Shown: positions 1-9,804, numbered from the stretch's first letter. The stretch: 32,000 bases of DNA from Plantibacter sp. RU18 (GCF_050613355.1 NZ_CP159618.1:311581-343580); one strand, 5' to 3'. Notes: generated from the letters alone by a model not told the origin. Numbers and translations are program-made.

Positions 1-994
1 GAACCGTGCACTCAAGGCGGCCTTGGAGCTCGAACTCGCGTCGCGCGGCATCGACCTCCCGGTGCTCTGGGGCAACCGCAACTGGGATCCCTACCTGCGG
101 GATGCACTCACCGAGGCGCACGAGCGCGGCTTCACGAAGCTCATCGCGGTCGCCACGAGCGCATACTCCTCGTACTCGAGCTGTCGTCAGTACCGCGAGG
201 ACTTCGCGATCGCCGTCGACGAGACGAACCTCGAGGGCGAGATCCAGATCGACAAGGTGCGTCAGTTCTTCGATCACCCAGGATTCGTGAACCCCTTCAT
301 CGACGGCGTCCGCGACGCGATCTCGGAGTACCTGCGCGAGCAGCCCGAGCTCGACCCGACGACGCAGATCGAGGTGCTGTTCGCGACGCACTCGATCCCC
401 ACCGGCGACGCCGCAAGGTCGGGGCCGGACTTCCGCAACTTCGGCGACCACGGCGCGTACGAGGCCCAGCACCTCGCGGTGGCCGAGGTCGTCATGGCGA
501 ACGCCATCGACCAGCTGCGCGAGGCGGGTGTCCTCGGCGGCGCCGCCGACGACGGCACGGTCGATGACGTGAAGATCAGCGTGCCGTGGCAGCTCGTCTA
601 CCAGTCCCGTTCCGGACCGCCGAGCATGCCGTGGCTGGAGCCCGACATCAACGACGCCATCGCAGAGCTGCCCGCAGCGGGCCGCAAGGCGGTCATCATC
701 GTGCCGCTCGGCTTCGTGAGCGACCACATGGAGGTCATGTGGGACCTCGACAACGAGGCCATCGAGACGGCGGGTGAGCACGGTCTGTCCGCGGTCCGCG
801 TCCCGACGCCCGGAACCTCGGCTGCCTACGTCAGGGGCCTCATCGACCTCGTCCTGGAGCGACGCGACGGTATCCCGGTGGAGGATCGTCCCGCGATGAC
901 CGAACTCGGTCCCTGGTACGACGTCTGCCGACCCGGGTGCTGCGAGAACGCCCGGCTGGGATTCAAACCGGCGTTCTCCGGGATCGCCCCATGA
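1..994 (+). CDS. hemH: Ferrochelatase (coproporphyrin/protoporphyrin ferrochelatase), 5'-truncated at window edge
   Basis: The frame is open from nt 2 to TGA 992-994. Ferrochelatase-type stretches are present: NRNWDPYL, LFATHSIP, VPLGFVSDHMEVMWDLD. The C-terminal Cys cluster (VCRPGCCEN) resembles the actinobacterial [2Fe-2S] type. The stop overlaps the hemC ATG (ATGA). Confidence 0.93.
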   Translation, partial: NRALKAALELELASRGIDLPVLWGNRNWDPYLRDALTEAHERGFTKLIAVATSAYSSYSSCRQYREDFAIAVDETNLEGEIQIDKVRQFFDHPGFVNPFIDGVRDAISEYLREQPELDPTTQIEVLFATHSIPTGDAARSGPDFRNFGDHGAYEAQHLAVAEVVMANAIDQLREAGVLGGAADDGTVDDVKISVPWQLVYQSRSGPPSMPWLEPDINDAIAELPAAGRKAVIIVPLGFVSDHMEVMWDLDNEAIETAGEHGLSAVRVPTPGTSAAYVRGLIDLVLERRDGIPVEDRPAMTELGPWYDVCRPGCCENARLGFKPAFSGIAP

Positions 995-1938
995 CCCTGC
1001 GCATCGGAACCCGCGGCAGTGCCCTCGCGCTGGCGCAGACCGGCCACATGGCCGACGCCCTCACGGCCGCGACGGGCGAGGACATCGAGATCGTGACCGT
1101 CACCACCCAGGGCGACACGAGTCGTGAGTCGTTGTCGACGATCGGCGGCACCGGTGTGTTCGTCAACGCGCTCCGCGACGCCCTCCTCGACGGCGCCTGC
1201 GACCTGGTCGTGCACTCGCTGAAAGACCTCCCGACCGCTCGGACCGACGGCTTCACGATCGCCGCGATCCCCATGCGCGAAGACCCGCGAGACGCCCTGT
1301 GCGCCTCCGACGGCCGTTCGCTCGACGAGCTTCCGGCCGGTGCCCGCATCGGCACCGGTTCGCCACGCCGCATCGCGCAGCTGAAGCGCGTCCGCCCCGA
1401 CCTCGAGGTCGTCGACATCCGTGGCAACATCGACACCCGTCTTCGCCGCATCGACGACGACCTCGACGCCGTCGTCCTCGCCGCGGCGGGCCTCACCCGC
1501 CTCGGCCGACTCGACGCCGTGACCGGCCTGTTCGATCTCGACACCTGGCCCACGGCTCCCGGTCAGGGTGCACTCGCCGTCGAATGCCTGGACGACGACG
1601 ACTCCTCCGTCGCCGGTTCGATCGCGCTGCTCGACCACGCGCAGAGCCGCTGGCAGGCCACCGCGGAGCGGGCGGTGCTGCGCCGCCTCGAGGCAGGCTG
1701 CTCGGCGCCCGTCGGTGCCGCTGCCTGGCTCGACGACGAGGTGCTCGTGCTGCAGGCTGCCGTGTACTCGCTCGACGGCACCAAGACCATCCACCTGGAG
1801 AGCCACGCAGAGGGCTTCTCCGGCGACGGACACGGGCGCGAGCTGCTGCAGGCGGCCGACGCCCTCGGTGTCGCGCTCGCCGACGAGCTCATCGAGGCCG
1901 GCGCCGCCGACTTCGCACCGCTGGGAGGCGCTGCGTGA
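991..1938 (+). CDS. hemC: Porphobilinogen deaminase (hydroxymethylbilane synthase)
   Basis: ATG at 991 is inside ORF 937..1938. Motifs: MTLRIGTRGSALALAQT, DLVVHSLKDLP, GTGSPRR, RGNIDTRL. It is coupled to the neighbours by ATGA and GTGA overlaps. Confidence 0.95.
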   Translation: MTLRIGTRGSALALAQTGHMADALTAATGEDIEIVTVTTQGDTSRESLSTIGGTGVFVNALRDALLDGACDLVVHSLKDLPTARTDGFTIAAIPMREDPRDALCASDGRSLDELPAGARIGTGSPRRIAQLKRVRPDLEVVDIRGNIDTRLRRIDDDLDAVVLAAAGLTRLGRLDAVTGLFDLDTWPTAPGQGALAVECLDDDDSSVAGSIALLDHAQSRWQATAERAVLRRLEAGCSAPVGAAAWLDDEVLVLQAAVYSLDGTKTIHLESHAEGFSGDGHGRELLQAADALGVALADELIEAGAADFAPLGGAA

Positions 1939-2732
1939 ACGACTGGACCACCCCCATCACCGTGCCGACCGCGACGAAACCCCTCGGCGGTTGGCGTGTG
2001 CTCGTGCCACGTGGCGGCCCGTGGGGCGACTCCGTGGCCGGCACCGTCCGCGGCAAGGGTGGAGCGCCCGTCGTCGCCCCGATGATCAACTTCGCGAGCA
2101 CCGACGATCCAGACACCCTCGCAGCAGCGCTCGCCGCGCTCGAAGCCGGTGAGTTCGACTGGTTGACGGTCACGAGCGCCACCACCGTCGACGTCCTGTC
2201 CTCGCAGCGCATCCGCATCCCCGACACCACCAGGGTCGCCGCCGTCGGCGAGACGACCGCTGCAGCCCTCACCGCCGTCGGCTATGGCGTCGACCTCGTG
2301 CCGGCGAAGGACAACTCGGCCAAAGGCATGGTGCAGGAGCTCACCGCCCTCGAACCGCACCCGAAGCGCATCCTCACGCTGCGCTCGGCGATCGCGAAGC
2401 CGCTGCTCACCGAGGGCCTGATCGCCGCCGGGCACGACGTCCAGTCGGTCGTCGCGTACCGCACGGTCGGCGTGCCGGTGACGGAGAAGATCGTCGGCGA
2501 CGTCGCCAGTGGCAAGGTCCGCGCGATCCTCATCACCTCGGGCAGCGTCGCGGAGCAGGTGCGCACACAGTTCCGGGAGATCCCGGAGACGACGGTCATC
2601 GCCGCGATCGGTCCACGGACCGCGCGCGACGCCCGCGGGTACGGTCTCCGCGTCGACATCGTCGCCGAGCAGCAGACGGTCGACTCGCTCATCGAGGCGA
2701 TCGTCGCCGTCGCGCTCGCGCAGGGCGAGTAG
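1935..2732 (+). CDS. hemD: Uroporphyrinogen-III synthase
   Basis: GTG at 1935 overlaps the hemC stop, in the frame of ORF 1299..2732. The protein looks HEM4-like (WRVLVPRGG..., LTVTSATTV, ILITSGSVAE) and sits between hemC and hemB. Confidence 0.8.
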   Translation: MNDWTTPITVPTATKPLGGWRVLVPRGGPWGDSVAGTVRGKGGAPVVAPMINFASTDDPDTLAAALAALEAGEFDWLTVTSATTVDVLSSQRIRIPDTTRVAAVGETTAAALTAVGYGVDLVPAKDNSAKGMVQELTALEPHPKRILTLRSAIAKPLLTEGLIAAGHDVQSVVAYRTVGVPVTEKIVGDVASGKVRAILITSGSVAEQVRTQFREIPETTVIAAIGPRTARDARGYGLRVDIVAEQQTVDSLIEAIVAVALAQGE

Positions 2733-2823
2733 TCCCGAACCATCGGGTTGCACAGGATCCCCTGACGACCCACCTGTTCCGGGCAGGTCAGCACGGGGCG
2801 CGGTGCCCGCGTAGGGTTGAGGG

Positions 2824-3831
2824 GTGAGCATTCCCGAGACCCGCCCCCGTCGTCTCCGGCAGCAGCCGGCCATCCGTCGTCTCGTCAGCGAGACGCGACT
2901 CGAGCCGGCGGAGCTCGTGCTCCCGATGTTCGTCCGCGAGGGTATCTCCGAGCCCGTCGAGATCACCTCGATGCCGGGGGTCATGCAGCACACACTGGAC
3001 AGCGCTCGCCGGGCGGCGGCCGACGCGGCTGCAGCTGGTATCGGCGGTGTCATGCTGTTCGGCGTGCCCGAGGAGCGCGACGCCGTGGGCTCCGGCGCGA
3101 CCGACCCCGATGGCATCCTGAACGTCGCGACCCGCGAGCTGGTCGCGGAGGTCGGTGACGCCCTCGTCGTCCAGACCGACCTGTGCCTCGACGAGTTCAC
3201 CGACCACGGCCACTGCGGCGTCCTGGACGCCCGCGGTCGCGTCGACAACGACCGCACGCTCGAGCGCTACCGCGACATGGCTGTCGCGCAGGCGGAGGCG
3301 GGGTCGGCGCTCCTCGGCCTCTCCGGCATGATGGACGGCCAGGTCGCCGCGGTCCGCGAGACGCTCGACCTCGCCGGCTTCGAGGACACCATCGTCCTCG
3401 CCTACTCGGCGAAGTTCGCCTCGGCGCTGTACGGCCCCTTCCGCGAGGCTGTGGATTCGCAGCTGCAGGGCGACCGCCGCACCTATCAGCTCGACCCGGC
3501 CAACCGGCGCGAAGGCCTGCGCGAAGCACTCATCGACGAGGCGGAGGGGGCCGACATCGTCATGGTGAAGCCCGCCGGCAGCTTCCTCGACGTCTTGGCC
3601 GACGTTGCCGCCACCGTGTCGATCCCGGTCTGGGCGTACCAGGTGTCGGGGGAGTACGCGATGATCGAAGCGGCTGCGCAACAGGGATGGATCGACCGTC
3701 GTCGGGCCATCGAGGAGTCGGTGCTGTCGATCAAACGGGCAGGCGCCGAGGCCGTACTGAGCTACTGGGCCGTGGAGCTCGCTGCCTGGCTGGATGAGTC
3801 ACGCGGTCTGCGTGCAGGAGGAAGACGATGA
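2824..3831 (+). CDS. hemB: Porphobilinogen synthase (delta-aminolevulinate dehydratase)
   Basis: GTG start at 2824. Motifs: [30 protein letters not shown]. The stop overlaps the hemL ATG (ATGA). Confidence 0.95.
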   Translation: MSIPETRPRRLRQQPAIRRLVSETRLEPAELVLPMFVREGISEPVEITSMPGVMQHTLDSARRAAADAAAAGIGGVMLFGVPEERDAVGSGATDPDGILNVATRELVAEVGDALVVQTDLCLDEFTDHGHCGVLDARGRVDNDRTLERYRDMAVAQAEAGSALLGLSGMMDGQVAAVRETLDLAGFEDTIVLAYSAKFASALYGPFREAVDSQLQGDRRTYQLDPANRREGLREALIDEAEGADIVMVKPAGSFLDVLADVAATVSIPVWAYQVSGEYAMIEAAAQQGWIDRRRAIEESVLSIKRAGAEAVLSYWAVELAAWLDESRGLRAGGRR

Positions 3832-5243
3832 ACGACGCACAGTTCGCGAGAGCACAGCGCTCCATCCCGGGTGGCGTGAACTCGCCCGTCCGAGCCTTCC
3901 GATCCGTCGGCGGCACACCCCGCTTCATGGTGTCGGCGAAGGGCGCGTACATCACCGACTCCGAGGGCTTCGAGTACGTCGACCTCGTGAGCGCGTGGGG
4001 GCCCGCGCTCCTCGGCCACGCCCACCCGCAGGTCGTCGAGGCCGTGCAGGCGGCCGCCGCCCGCGGTCTGTCGTTCGGTGCGTCCACGCCGGCCGAGACG
4101 GAATTGGCGGAGCTCGTCAAGGAACGCGTGCAGGCGTCCGGTGTCGCCCCCATCGAGAAGCTGCGCATGGTGTCCACAGGGACCGAAGCCACGATGACGG
4201 CCATCCGTCTGGCTCGCGGTGCCACCGGTCGCAGCCTGATCGTGAAGTTCGCCGGGCATTACCACGGGCACTCCGACGGTCTCCTCGCCGAGGCCGGTTC
4301 CGGCGTCGCGACGCTCGCGCTGCCGGGTTCGGCCGGTGTCACGCCCGAGACCGCCGCCCAGACGATCGTCGTCCCGTACAACGACCGGCAAGCGCTCCGA
4401 GAGGTCTTCGCCGAGCGCGGCGCGGACATCGCCGCGATCATCATGGAGGCGGCCTCCGCCAACATGGGTGTCGTCCCGCCGGCACCCGGCTTCAACGCGG
4501 CCGTCATCCGGCTCGCGCACGAGCACGGCGCGCTCGTCATCATGGACGAGGTCCTCACCGGGTTCCGTGTGTCCTCCGCCGGTTGGTGGGGGCTCGAGAA
4601 CCGCGGCCTCGCGGCGGTCGCGCCCGGGACGGTGCCCGAGCCGGGCGCAGAGGACTGGGAGGCCGGCAACCACGCCGTCGCGAACCCGACGGGCGCGATC
4701 AGCATCCCGATCGGCGTGTATCAGCCCGACCTCTTCACCTTCGGCAAGGTCATCGGTGGCGGCATGCCACTCGCAGCGCTCGGCGGTCGGGCCGAACTCA
4801 TGGACCTCCTGGCGCCGCTCGGCCCGGTATACCAGGCAGGAACGCTGTCGGGGAACCCCGTCGCGCTCGCCGCCGGCATCGAGACCCTCCGCCTCGCCGA
4901 CCAGGACGTCTATCGGAAGGTCGACGCCGCAGCCGCCATCGTCTCGGAGGCGACGTCCGGTGCGCTCACGGAGGCGGGTGTCGCGCACACCGTGCAGCGC
5001 GCAGGCAACCTGTTCTCCTTCGCGTTCACCGAGACCGCACCGACCGACTACGCGAGCGTGCTCCGTCAGGACGCCTTCCGGTACCCGGCGTTCTTCCACC
5101 GCATGCTCGACGCCGGGGTGTCCTTGCCGCCGAGCGTGTACGAGGCGTGGTTCGTCTCGGCAGCACACGACGACGAGGCGATCTCCCGCATCGTCGACGC
5201 GTTGCCGGGTGCAGCGCGTGCCGCTGCTGCGGCTGTCCGCTAG
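3828..5243 (+). CDS. hemL: Glutamate-1-semialdehyde 2,1-aminomutase (carries an unusual internal insertion)
   Basis: Motifs: [42 protein letters not shown]. At 471 aa it is longer than the usual ~430 aa because of an insert near nt 4596-4724. Confidence 0.95.
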   Translation: MNDAQFARAQRSIPGGVNSPVRAFRSVGGTPRFMVSAKGAYITDSEGFEYVDLVSAWGPALLGHAHPQVVEAVQAAAARGLSFGASTPAETELAELVKERVQASGVAPIEKLRMVSTGTEATMTAIRLARGATGRSLIVKFAGHYHGHSDGLLAEAGSGVATLALPGSAGVTPETAAQTIVVPYNDRQALREVFAERGADIAAIIMEAASANMGVVPPAPGFNAAVIRLAHEHGALVIMDEVLTGFRVSSAGWWGLENRGLAAVAPGTVPEPGAEDWEAGNHAVANPTGAISIPIGVYQPDLFTFGKVIGGGMPLAALGGRAELMDLLAPLGPVYQAGTLSGNPVALAAGIETLRLADQDVYRKVDAAAAIVSEATSGALTEAGVAHTVQRAGNLFSFAFTETAPTDYASVLRQDAFRYPAFFHRMLDAGVSLPPSVYEAWFVSAAHDDEAISRIVDALPGAARAAAAAVR

Positions 5244-5374
5244 GAGTTCGCCAGACGTTCCAGCAATCGTCAGCGCGCGAGCACGGCTCGCATCAGCCTG
5301 TGAACAATCGATGCGTTACCGCTTTGTGAACTTCCGGCAACGCGAACGTCGGTGCACCTTGGCAGACTAGAGAC

Positions 5375-5722
5375 ATGGCCTCCTTGCGTCTGCACCCCGA
5401 CCGACTGGAGATCGAGCTGTCCGCCTCCGAGAAGGCGCTGTCTCTCCGGAAGAGCAACGTCGTCGTCCCGCGGTCGAGCATCCGTTCTGCCACCATCACC
5501 GACGACCCGTGGATCTGGGTCCGGGGCATCCGCGCCCCTGGCACGGCGATCCCGTTGACGCTGGCGATCGGCCAGTGGAAGTTCCACGGCGGCAAGGACT
5601 TCCTCGTCGTGAAGGGCACGAAGCCGTCCGTCGTGATCGACCTCGAAGACACGGACTACTCGCGGCTCATCATCACGACCCGCCGCGGCCCGGAACTCAT
5701 CGAAGCGCTCAAGCTGTCCTGA
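5375..5722 (+). CDS. Hypothetical 115-aa soluble protein (family not recognised)
   Basis: Clean ATG ORF with GC-rich third codon positions. No signal peptide and no clear Shine-Dalgarno sequence. I recognise no motif. Confidence 0.6.
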   Translation: MASLRLHPDRLEIELSASEKALSLRKSNVVVPRSSIRSATITDDPWIWVRGIRAPGTAIPLTLAIGQWKFHGGKDFLVVKGTKPSVVIDLEDTDYSRLIITTRRGPELIEALKLS

Positions 5723-5873
5723 GCTGCGGTGGTTGTCGGGGGCGAGCGCGAAGTCGTAGCTGGTCAAGGCGATTTGCATTTGTTTGACTCGAATAGGGTA
5801 CAAAACGGCATGTGACGGGTATTCTGGGGCCGCTCGACTGGAGCGCTTCCGTCTGCTCGAAAGGACCACCGTC

Positions 5874-6275
5874 ATGACGACTCCTCCTCCCGGTGACTAC
5901 CCCGGCCAGCCGCCGCAGGCACCACAGCCGCCGCAGCAGCCGTACAGCGCGGCTCCGGCGTACTCGGGTGGTGCTGCTGCGTCCGGCGACGCGACCGTCG
6001 GCAAGACCCTCGGGATCGTCGGCCTGATCCTCGCATTCGTCGCGACGCCGATCGGTCTCATCCTGAGCATCGTCGCGCTCGTGCAGTCGAAGGGCGCGGG
6101 CGTGAAGAACACCCCCGCGAAGGTCGGTCTCATCCTGTCGATCATCTTCATCGTGCTCGCGATCATCATCACGATCGTTGCGATCTCGATCGGTGCGGCC
6201 GCCTTCAACGAGGCTTGCGCATCGCTCGGCAGCGGTGTGCACACCGACGGCGCGACCACCATCACCTGCCCGTAG
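5874..6275 (+). CDS. DUF4190-like small membrane protein with Pro/Gln-rich N-terminus
   Basis: ATG 5874 follows AAAGGA. The N-terminus reads PPPGDYPGQPPQAPQPPQQPY. Two hydrophobic helices follow (GKTLGIVGLILAFVATPIGLILSIVALVQSK, then VGLILSIIFIVLAIIITIVAISIG), as is typical of DUF4190. Confidence 0.7.
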   Translation: MTTPPPGDYPGQPPQAPQPPQQPYSAAPAYSGGAAASGDATVGKTLGIVGLILAFVATPIGLILSIVALVQSKGAGVKNTPAKVGLILSIIFIVLAIIITIVAISIGAAAFNEACASLGSGVHTDGATTITCP

Positions 6276-6290
6276 TCTCCTGGCCCGGCT

Positions 6291-6316
6291 GGGATTGGGG
6301 AGTTCTCCCCATCCCA
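6291..6316 (+). terminator. Weak hairpin after the first DUF4190 gene
   Basis: TGGGGA-GTTC-TCCCCA (6296-6311) with partly pairing flanks, followed by ATTTC. Confidence 0.35.
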
Positions 6317-6385
6317 TTTCAGTCGGATAACCCACTACTGTTGGCTCGCGTCCCTGACGCAACCACCATCCCGAGAGGAACCATC

Positions 6386-6673
6386 ATGACCAACGCTCCC
6401 CAGTACCAGTCCGGCCAGCAGCCTGCCGCCCTTCCCGCCGACTACCCGGGCAAGACGCTCGGCCTCGTCGGCCTCATCCTCGCGATCGTCGTGCCGCTCG
6501 TCGGCCTGATCCTGAGCATCGTCGCCCAGAACCAGTCGAAGGCTGCCGGTTACCCGAACCAGCTCGCGAAGATCGGTGTCATCATCGGCGCGATCCTCCT
6601 CGTGCTGGGCATCATCGGCTCGATCCTGTACTTCGTCACCGTCGGCTCGATGATGTCGACCGCCGGTTACTAG
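6386..6673 (+). CDS. DUF4190-like small membrane protein (paralogue of 5874..6275)
   Basis: ATG 6386 follows GAGAGGA. It shares GKTLGLVGLILAIVVPLVGLILSIVAQNQSK with the upstream gene and has two transmembrane helices. Confidence 0.7.
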   Translation: MTNAPQYQSGQQPAALPADYPGKTLGLVGLILAIVVPLVGLILSIVAQNQSKAAGYPNQLAKIGVIIGAILLVLGIIGSILYFVTVGSMMSTAGY

Positions 6674-6689
6674 GACTCAGGAGTCCGCT

Positions 6690-6728
6690 CGACAGCGGCC
6701 GGTCGCCTTCGGGCACCGGCCGCTGTCG
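6690..6728. terminator. Bidirectional hairpin between convergent genes
   Basis: Perfect 14-bp stem: CGACAGCGGCCGGT (6690-6703) pairs with ACCGGCCGCTGTCG (6715-6728). The loop is 11 nt. It lies between the DUF4190 stop and the reductase stop. Confidence 0.6.
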
Positions 6729-6859
6729 CGTTCCCGCCTGTCCGAGACCTCTCTTTCCCTTCCCTAACTCAGGAGTCTTGCGGCGTGTCGGGCCGGCTGC
6801 TCGTGGGGCAGCGGCGACGCGCCGGGGCGTTCCTGAGAAAGGTCGGCGGGTGATCGGGA

Positions 6860-7876
6860 TCAGGCGCGGACGTCGACGACGATCCGACCGTGGACGGAGC
6901 CCGCGATGACGCGCTCGGCTGCCGATGCAGCGTCGGCGAGCGACACGATCTCGGTCAGCGAGTCGAGTACGTCGAGGTCCAGCGCGGTCGTGACGCGCTC
7001 CCATGCCGACTGACGCAGCAGCAGCGGCGCGTCGACGGAGTTGACGCCGGCGAGGGTGATGCCGCGCAGGATGAACGGCATGACCGTCGCCGGGAGGTCA
7101 GGGCCACCGGCGAGGCCGCACGCAGCGACCGTTCCGCCGTATTCGACCTGCGACAGTACCGTCGCGAGCGTCTGTCCGCCGACGGAGTCGACTGCTCCCG
7201 CCCAGCGCTGCGAGGCGAGCGGGCGCCCGGCCTCGGACAACTCGGCGCGGTCGACGATGGACGTCGCGCCGAGGCGACGGAGGGCGTCACCGAGCTCATC
7301 GACTCTGCCGGTGGACGCTGCGACATCGAAGCCGGCCGCGGCGAGCAGCGCGATGGCGACACTCCCGACCCCGCCGCCTGCACCGGTCACGAGCACCGGC
7401 AGACCCCCTGGTTTCACACCGCCGGTCGCGAGACCGCCGTGCTCGAGCGCCAGGACGCAGAGCGCCGCCGTGTAACCGGCGGTGCCGATCGCTGCCGCCT
7501 GTGCACTCGACACGTGGTCGGGCACGCGCACGAGGGCGTCGGGCCGGACCTTCGCGCGTTCGGACAGTCCGCCGAAGCGGGTCTCGCTCAGTCCGTCGCC
7601 GAAGAGTGCGACCCGGTCGCCGGGACTCCAGGACGGATCGCTCGATGCGGCGACGACACCGACGAGGTCGATGCCGGCGACCATCGGGAACTCCCGGACC
7701 ACGCCGGCCCTACTGGTGAGCACGAGGGCGTCCTTGTAGTTGATGCTGGAGAACTCGACGTCGACTGTGACGGCTGCGTCCGGCAGGGCGGTGTCTGCGA
7801 GTTCCCGCAGCTCCACGGACCTGGTGGGCTTCGCGCCCTCGTGCTCGATCTGCTCGACGACGTACGCGCGGCCCAT
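6860..7876 (-). CDS. acuI: YhdH/AcuI-family NADPH-dependent acrylyl-CoA/quinone oxidoreductase (MDR superfamily)
   Basis: ATG at 7876 is internal to ORF 6860..8068. Motifs: VEFSSINYKDAL, FPMVAGIDLVGVV, VLVTGAGGGVGS. Confidence 0.85.
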   Translation of the reverse strand: MGRAYVVEQIEHEGAKPTRSVELRELADTALPDAAVTVDVEFSSINYKDALVLTSRAGVVREFPMVAGIDLVGVVAASSDPSWSPGDRVALFGDGLSETRFGGLSERAKVRPDALVRVPDHVSSAQAAAIGTAGYTAALCVLALEHGGLATGGVKPGGLPVLVTGAGGGVGSVAIALLAAAGFDVAASTGRVDELGDALRRLGATSIVDRAELSEAGRPLASQRWAGAVDSVGGQTLATVLSQVEYGGTVAACGLAGGPDLPATVMPFILRGITLAGVNSVDAPLLLRQSAWERVTTALDLDVLDSLTEIVSLADAASAAERVIAGSVHGRIVVDVRA

Positions 7877-7986
7877 GGTGCTCCCGTCTCCGACGTGACC
7901 GCCGGCTGTTGGCTCTCCGACGAGCCTACGCCCGGGCGTTCCCCTCTCGGAGGTGTACCCGTCCCGGCCTGCGCAGTCGTCCGGTC

Positions 7987-8005
7987 GCCGAGCGTGTCGA
8001 AGCGC
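7987..8005 (+). repeat. Degenerate copy of the REP-like core (CGCCGAGCGTGTCGAAGCG)
   Basis: There is one mismatch to CCGAGCTTGTCGAAG across the core. The copy is intergenic, between acuI and the ABC permease. Confidence 0.3.
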
Positions 8006-8074
8006 GGGGGTGAGGCCGGGCCCCTCGGCAGACCCGGGGAGCGGGGCAGCCGGGAGGCTCCGCCGCACGGAGCG

Positions 8075-8902
8075 TCAGGTGACGTCGCGGCGCCAGGTGG
8101 TCGCGTAGCCGATGAGCGAGATCACGGCCGCGATCCCGACCAGGACGAGGCCGCCCTGCCACCAGGTGAGTGGATCCTGCTGCGCGGACATCATCGTGTA
8201 GAAGCTCGGCCCGACCAGCGCATCCGTCGCGGCACCCGGGAGGAAGCGGCCGATGGAAGCCGTCACCTCGGAGAACGACGCGGCCAATCGCAGCAGTGGC
8301 TCGACGAACTGCGTGAACGCCAGTACGACGATGATGGCACCCACCTGGCTCGGCAACACGGCCCCCAGCCCCACACCGATCGCGCCCCACAACGCCATCG
8401 CGAGCACGGCCCGGCCGATGAGCGCCCACGTGTCGGAGTCGGTGAGCAGCGGGTCGACACCGCTGATCGCGAGCGCCCCGCCGCCGAGGCCCACGGACGC
8501 GACGAGTGCGATGACACCGTAGAGCGCTCCGACGCCGGTCAGGGCGAGGATCTTCCCGACGAGCACGTGGCCGCGATTGGGATTGGCGAGGAACGTCGGC
8601 GTGAGGCTCTGGTGTCGGAACTCACCCGTCGTCGCGAGGGCGCCGAGCAGCACCGGGAACACGTAACCGATACTCGTTGCAAAGCCGTAGATGAGACCGG
8701 GTTGGGTGAGCATCTCGCTGGTGGCCTGAGCACCACCGGCCCCGCTCGAGCCCGCTGCGCCCGGGATGTTCGCGAACAGGAGTGCCGCACCTGCTGCGAC
8801 GAGCCCGACGTAGGCGAAGAGGATGATCGCGAGCCCCCACCACACGCGGGTGGTGAACACCTTGAGGAATTCGGAGCGGATGGCCGCCATGAGTGAGTTC
8901 AT
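8075..8902 (-). CDS. ABC-2 type transporter permease
   Basis: 275-aa polytopic membrane protein starting MNSLMAAIRSEFLKVFTTRVWW. Its start overlaps the ATPase stop (ATGA). Confidence 0.85.
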   Translation of the reverse strand: MNSLMAAIRSEFLKVFTTRVWWGLAIILFAYVGLVAAGAALLFANIPGAAGSSGAGGAQATSEMLTQPGLIYGFATSIGYVFPVLLGALATTGEFRHQSLTPTFLANPNRGHVLVGKILALTGVGALYGVIALVASVGLGGGALAISGVDPLLTDSDTWALIGRAVLAMALWGAIGVGLGAVLPSQVGAIIVVLAFTQFVEPLLRLAASFSEVTASIGRFLPGAATDALVGPSFYTMMSAQQDPLTWWQGGLVLVGIAAVISLIGYATTWRRDVT

Positions 8903-9804
8903 GCGTGGTCCTCCCCGCCGCTGACGAGCGCAAGGAACGAGTCTTCGAGCCCCGATCGATGTCTGGACAGTGCGCTGAGCGGGATCCCGGCAGCCAGAGC
9001 CGTGCGTCCGATGTCGATCGCCTCGACGTCGTGGACGATCAGGCCGGAGCGCGCCTCGTCGTAGAGGTAGCCGGCGGCGTCGAGGGCCGCGGCGAGGCGT
9101 TCATGCTCGGGCGAGTTCACGACGACCCGCAGGGTGTCTGCGGCGTCGAGGCTCGCGAGGGTGCCGACGTGCGCGAGGCGGCCCTTCGCGATGATGACGA
9201 CCTCGTCGACCGACTGCTGCACCTCACTGAGCAGGTGCGAGCTGATGAGGACGGTGCGTCCCTCGTTCGCGAGGGCGGTGAGGAATCCGCGAATCCACTT
9301 GATGCCTTCTGGATCGAGCCCGTTGATCGGTTCGTCGAGGACGAGGACACCGGGGTCGCCGAGGAGTGCCGTGGCGAGCCCGAGGCGCTGACGCATACCC
9401 AGCGAGTAGCCGCCGACGCGCCGATCGGCGGCCTCGAGGAGTCCGACCTGGGCGAGCACGATGTCGACGCGGCTGGCCGGGAGCCGGGCGGCCGATGCGT
9501 GCACACGCAGGTGGTTGCGGGCCGTGCGACCGGGGATGAAGCTCGCTGCTTCGAGGGCGGCCCCGACGGTCGCCGCTGGGACCGGCAGTCTCTCGTACGG
9601 CACGCCGCCGAAGGTCGCGGTGCCCGAGGTCGGCTTGACGAGGCCCAGCAGCATCCGCAGCGTCGTGGTCTTGCCGGCGCCGTTCGGGCCGAGGAAACCG
9701 GTGACCTTGCCCGGTTCCACGTGGAACGTCAGCTGGTCGACGGCTTGCACCGCACCAAAGGTCTTCGAGAGTCCGTCGAACTCGATCGTCACGCCTGCAG
9801 TCAT
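8899..9804 (-). CDS. ABC transporter ATP-binding protein
   Basis: ATG 9804 follows GGGAGG. Walker A is GPNGAGKTT, the signature is YSLGMRQRL, and Walker B is VLVLDEP. Confidence 0.92.
   Translation of the reverse strand: MTAGVTIEFDGLSKTFGAVQAVDQLTFHVEPGKVTGFLGPNGAGKTTTLRMLLGLVKPTSGTATFGGVPYERLPVPAATVGAALEAASFIPGRTARNHLRVHASAARLPASRVDIVLAQVGLLEAADRRVGGYSLGMRQRLGLATALLGDPGVLVLDEPINGLDPEGIKWIRGFLTALANEGRTVLISSHLLSEVQQSVDEVVIIAKGRLAHVGTLASLDAADTLRVVVNSPEHERLAAALDAAGYLYDEARSGLIVHDVEAIDIGRTALAAGIPLSALSRHRSGLEDSFLALVSGGEDHA

Noticed and set aside
1563-3257. Very long ORFs on the strand opposite, or out of frame, to recognisable genes. Examples: 1563..3257(-), 3762..5168(-), 6890..8896(+), 11753..13396(-), 13881..15479(-), 16409..18082(-), 20478..21935(-), 25618..26811(-), 28491..30686(+).
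   Set aside because: Their translations are Arg/Pro/Gly/Ala-rich low-complexity strings with no motifs. Each overlaps a gene with clear family signatures. Stop-codon-poor alternative frames are expected at this GC content.
5299-5331. Direct repeat TGTGAAC x2 (26 bp apart) between hemL and the 115-aa gene. Similarly GCATCCGA x2 at 17745 and 17760 upstream of prpD.
   Set aside because: A 7-8-mer repeated once within a 130-165 bp spacer is expected by chance at roughly 20-50% probability by my estimate. Neither has palindromic character or any other supporting feature.
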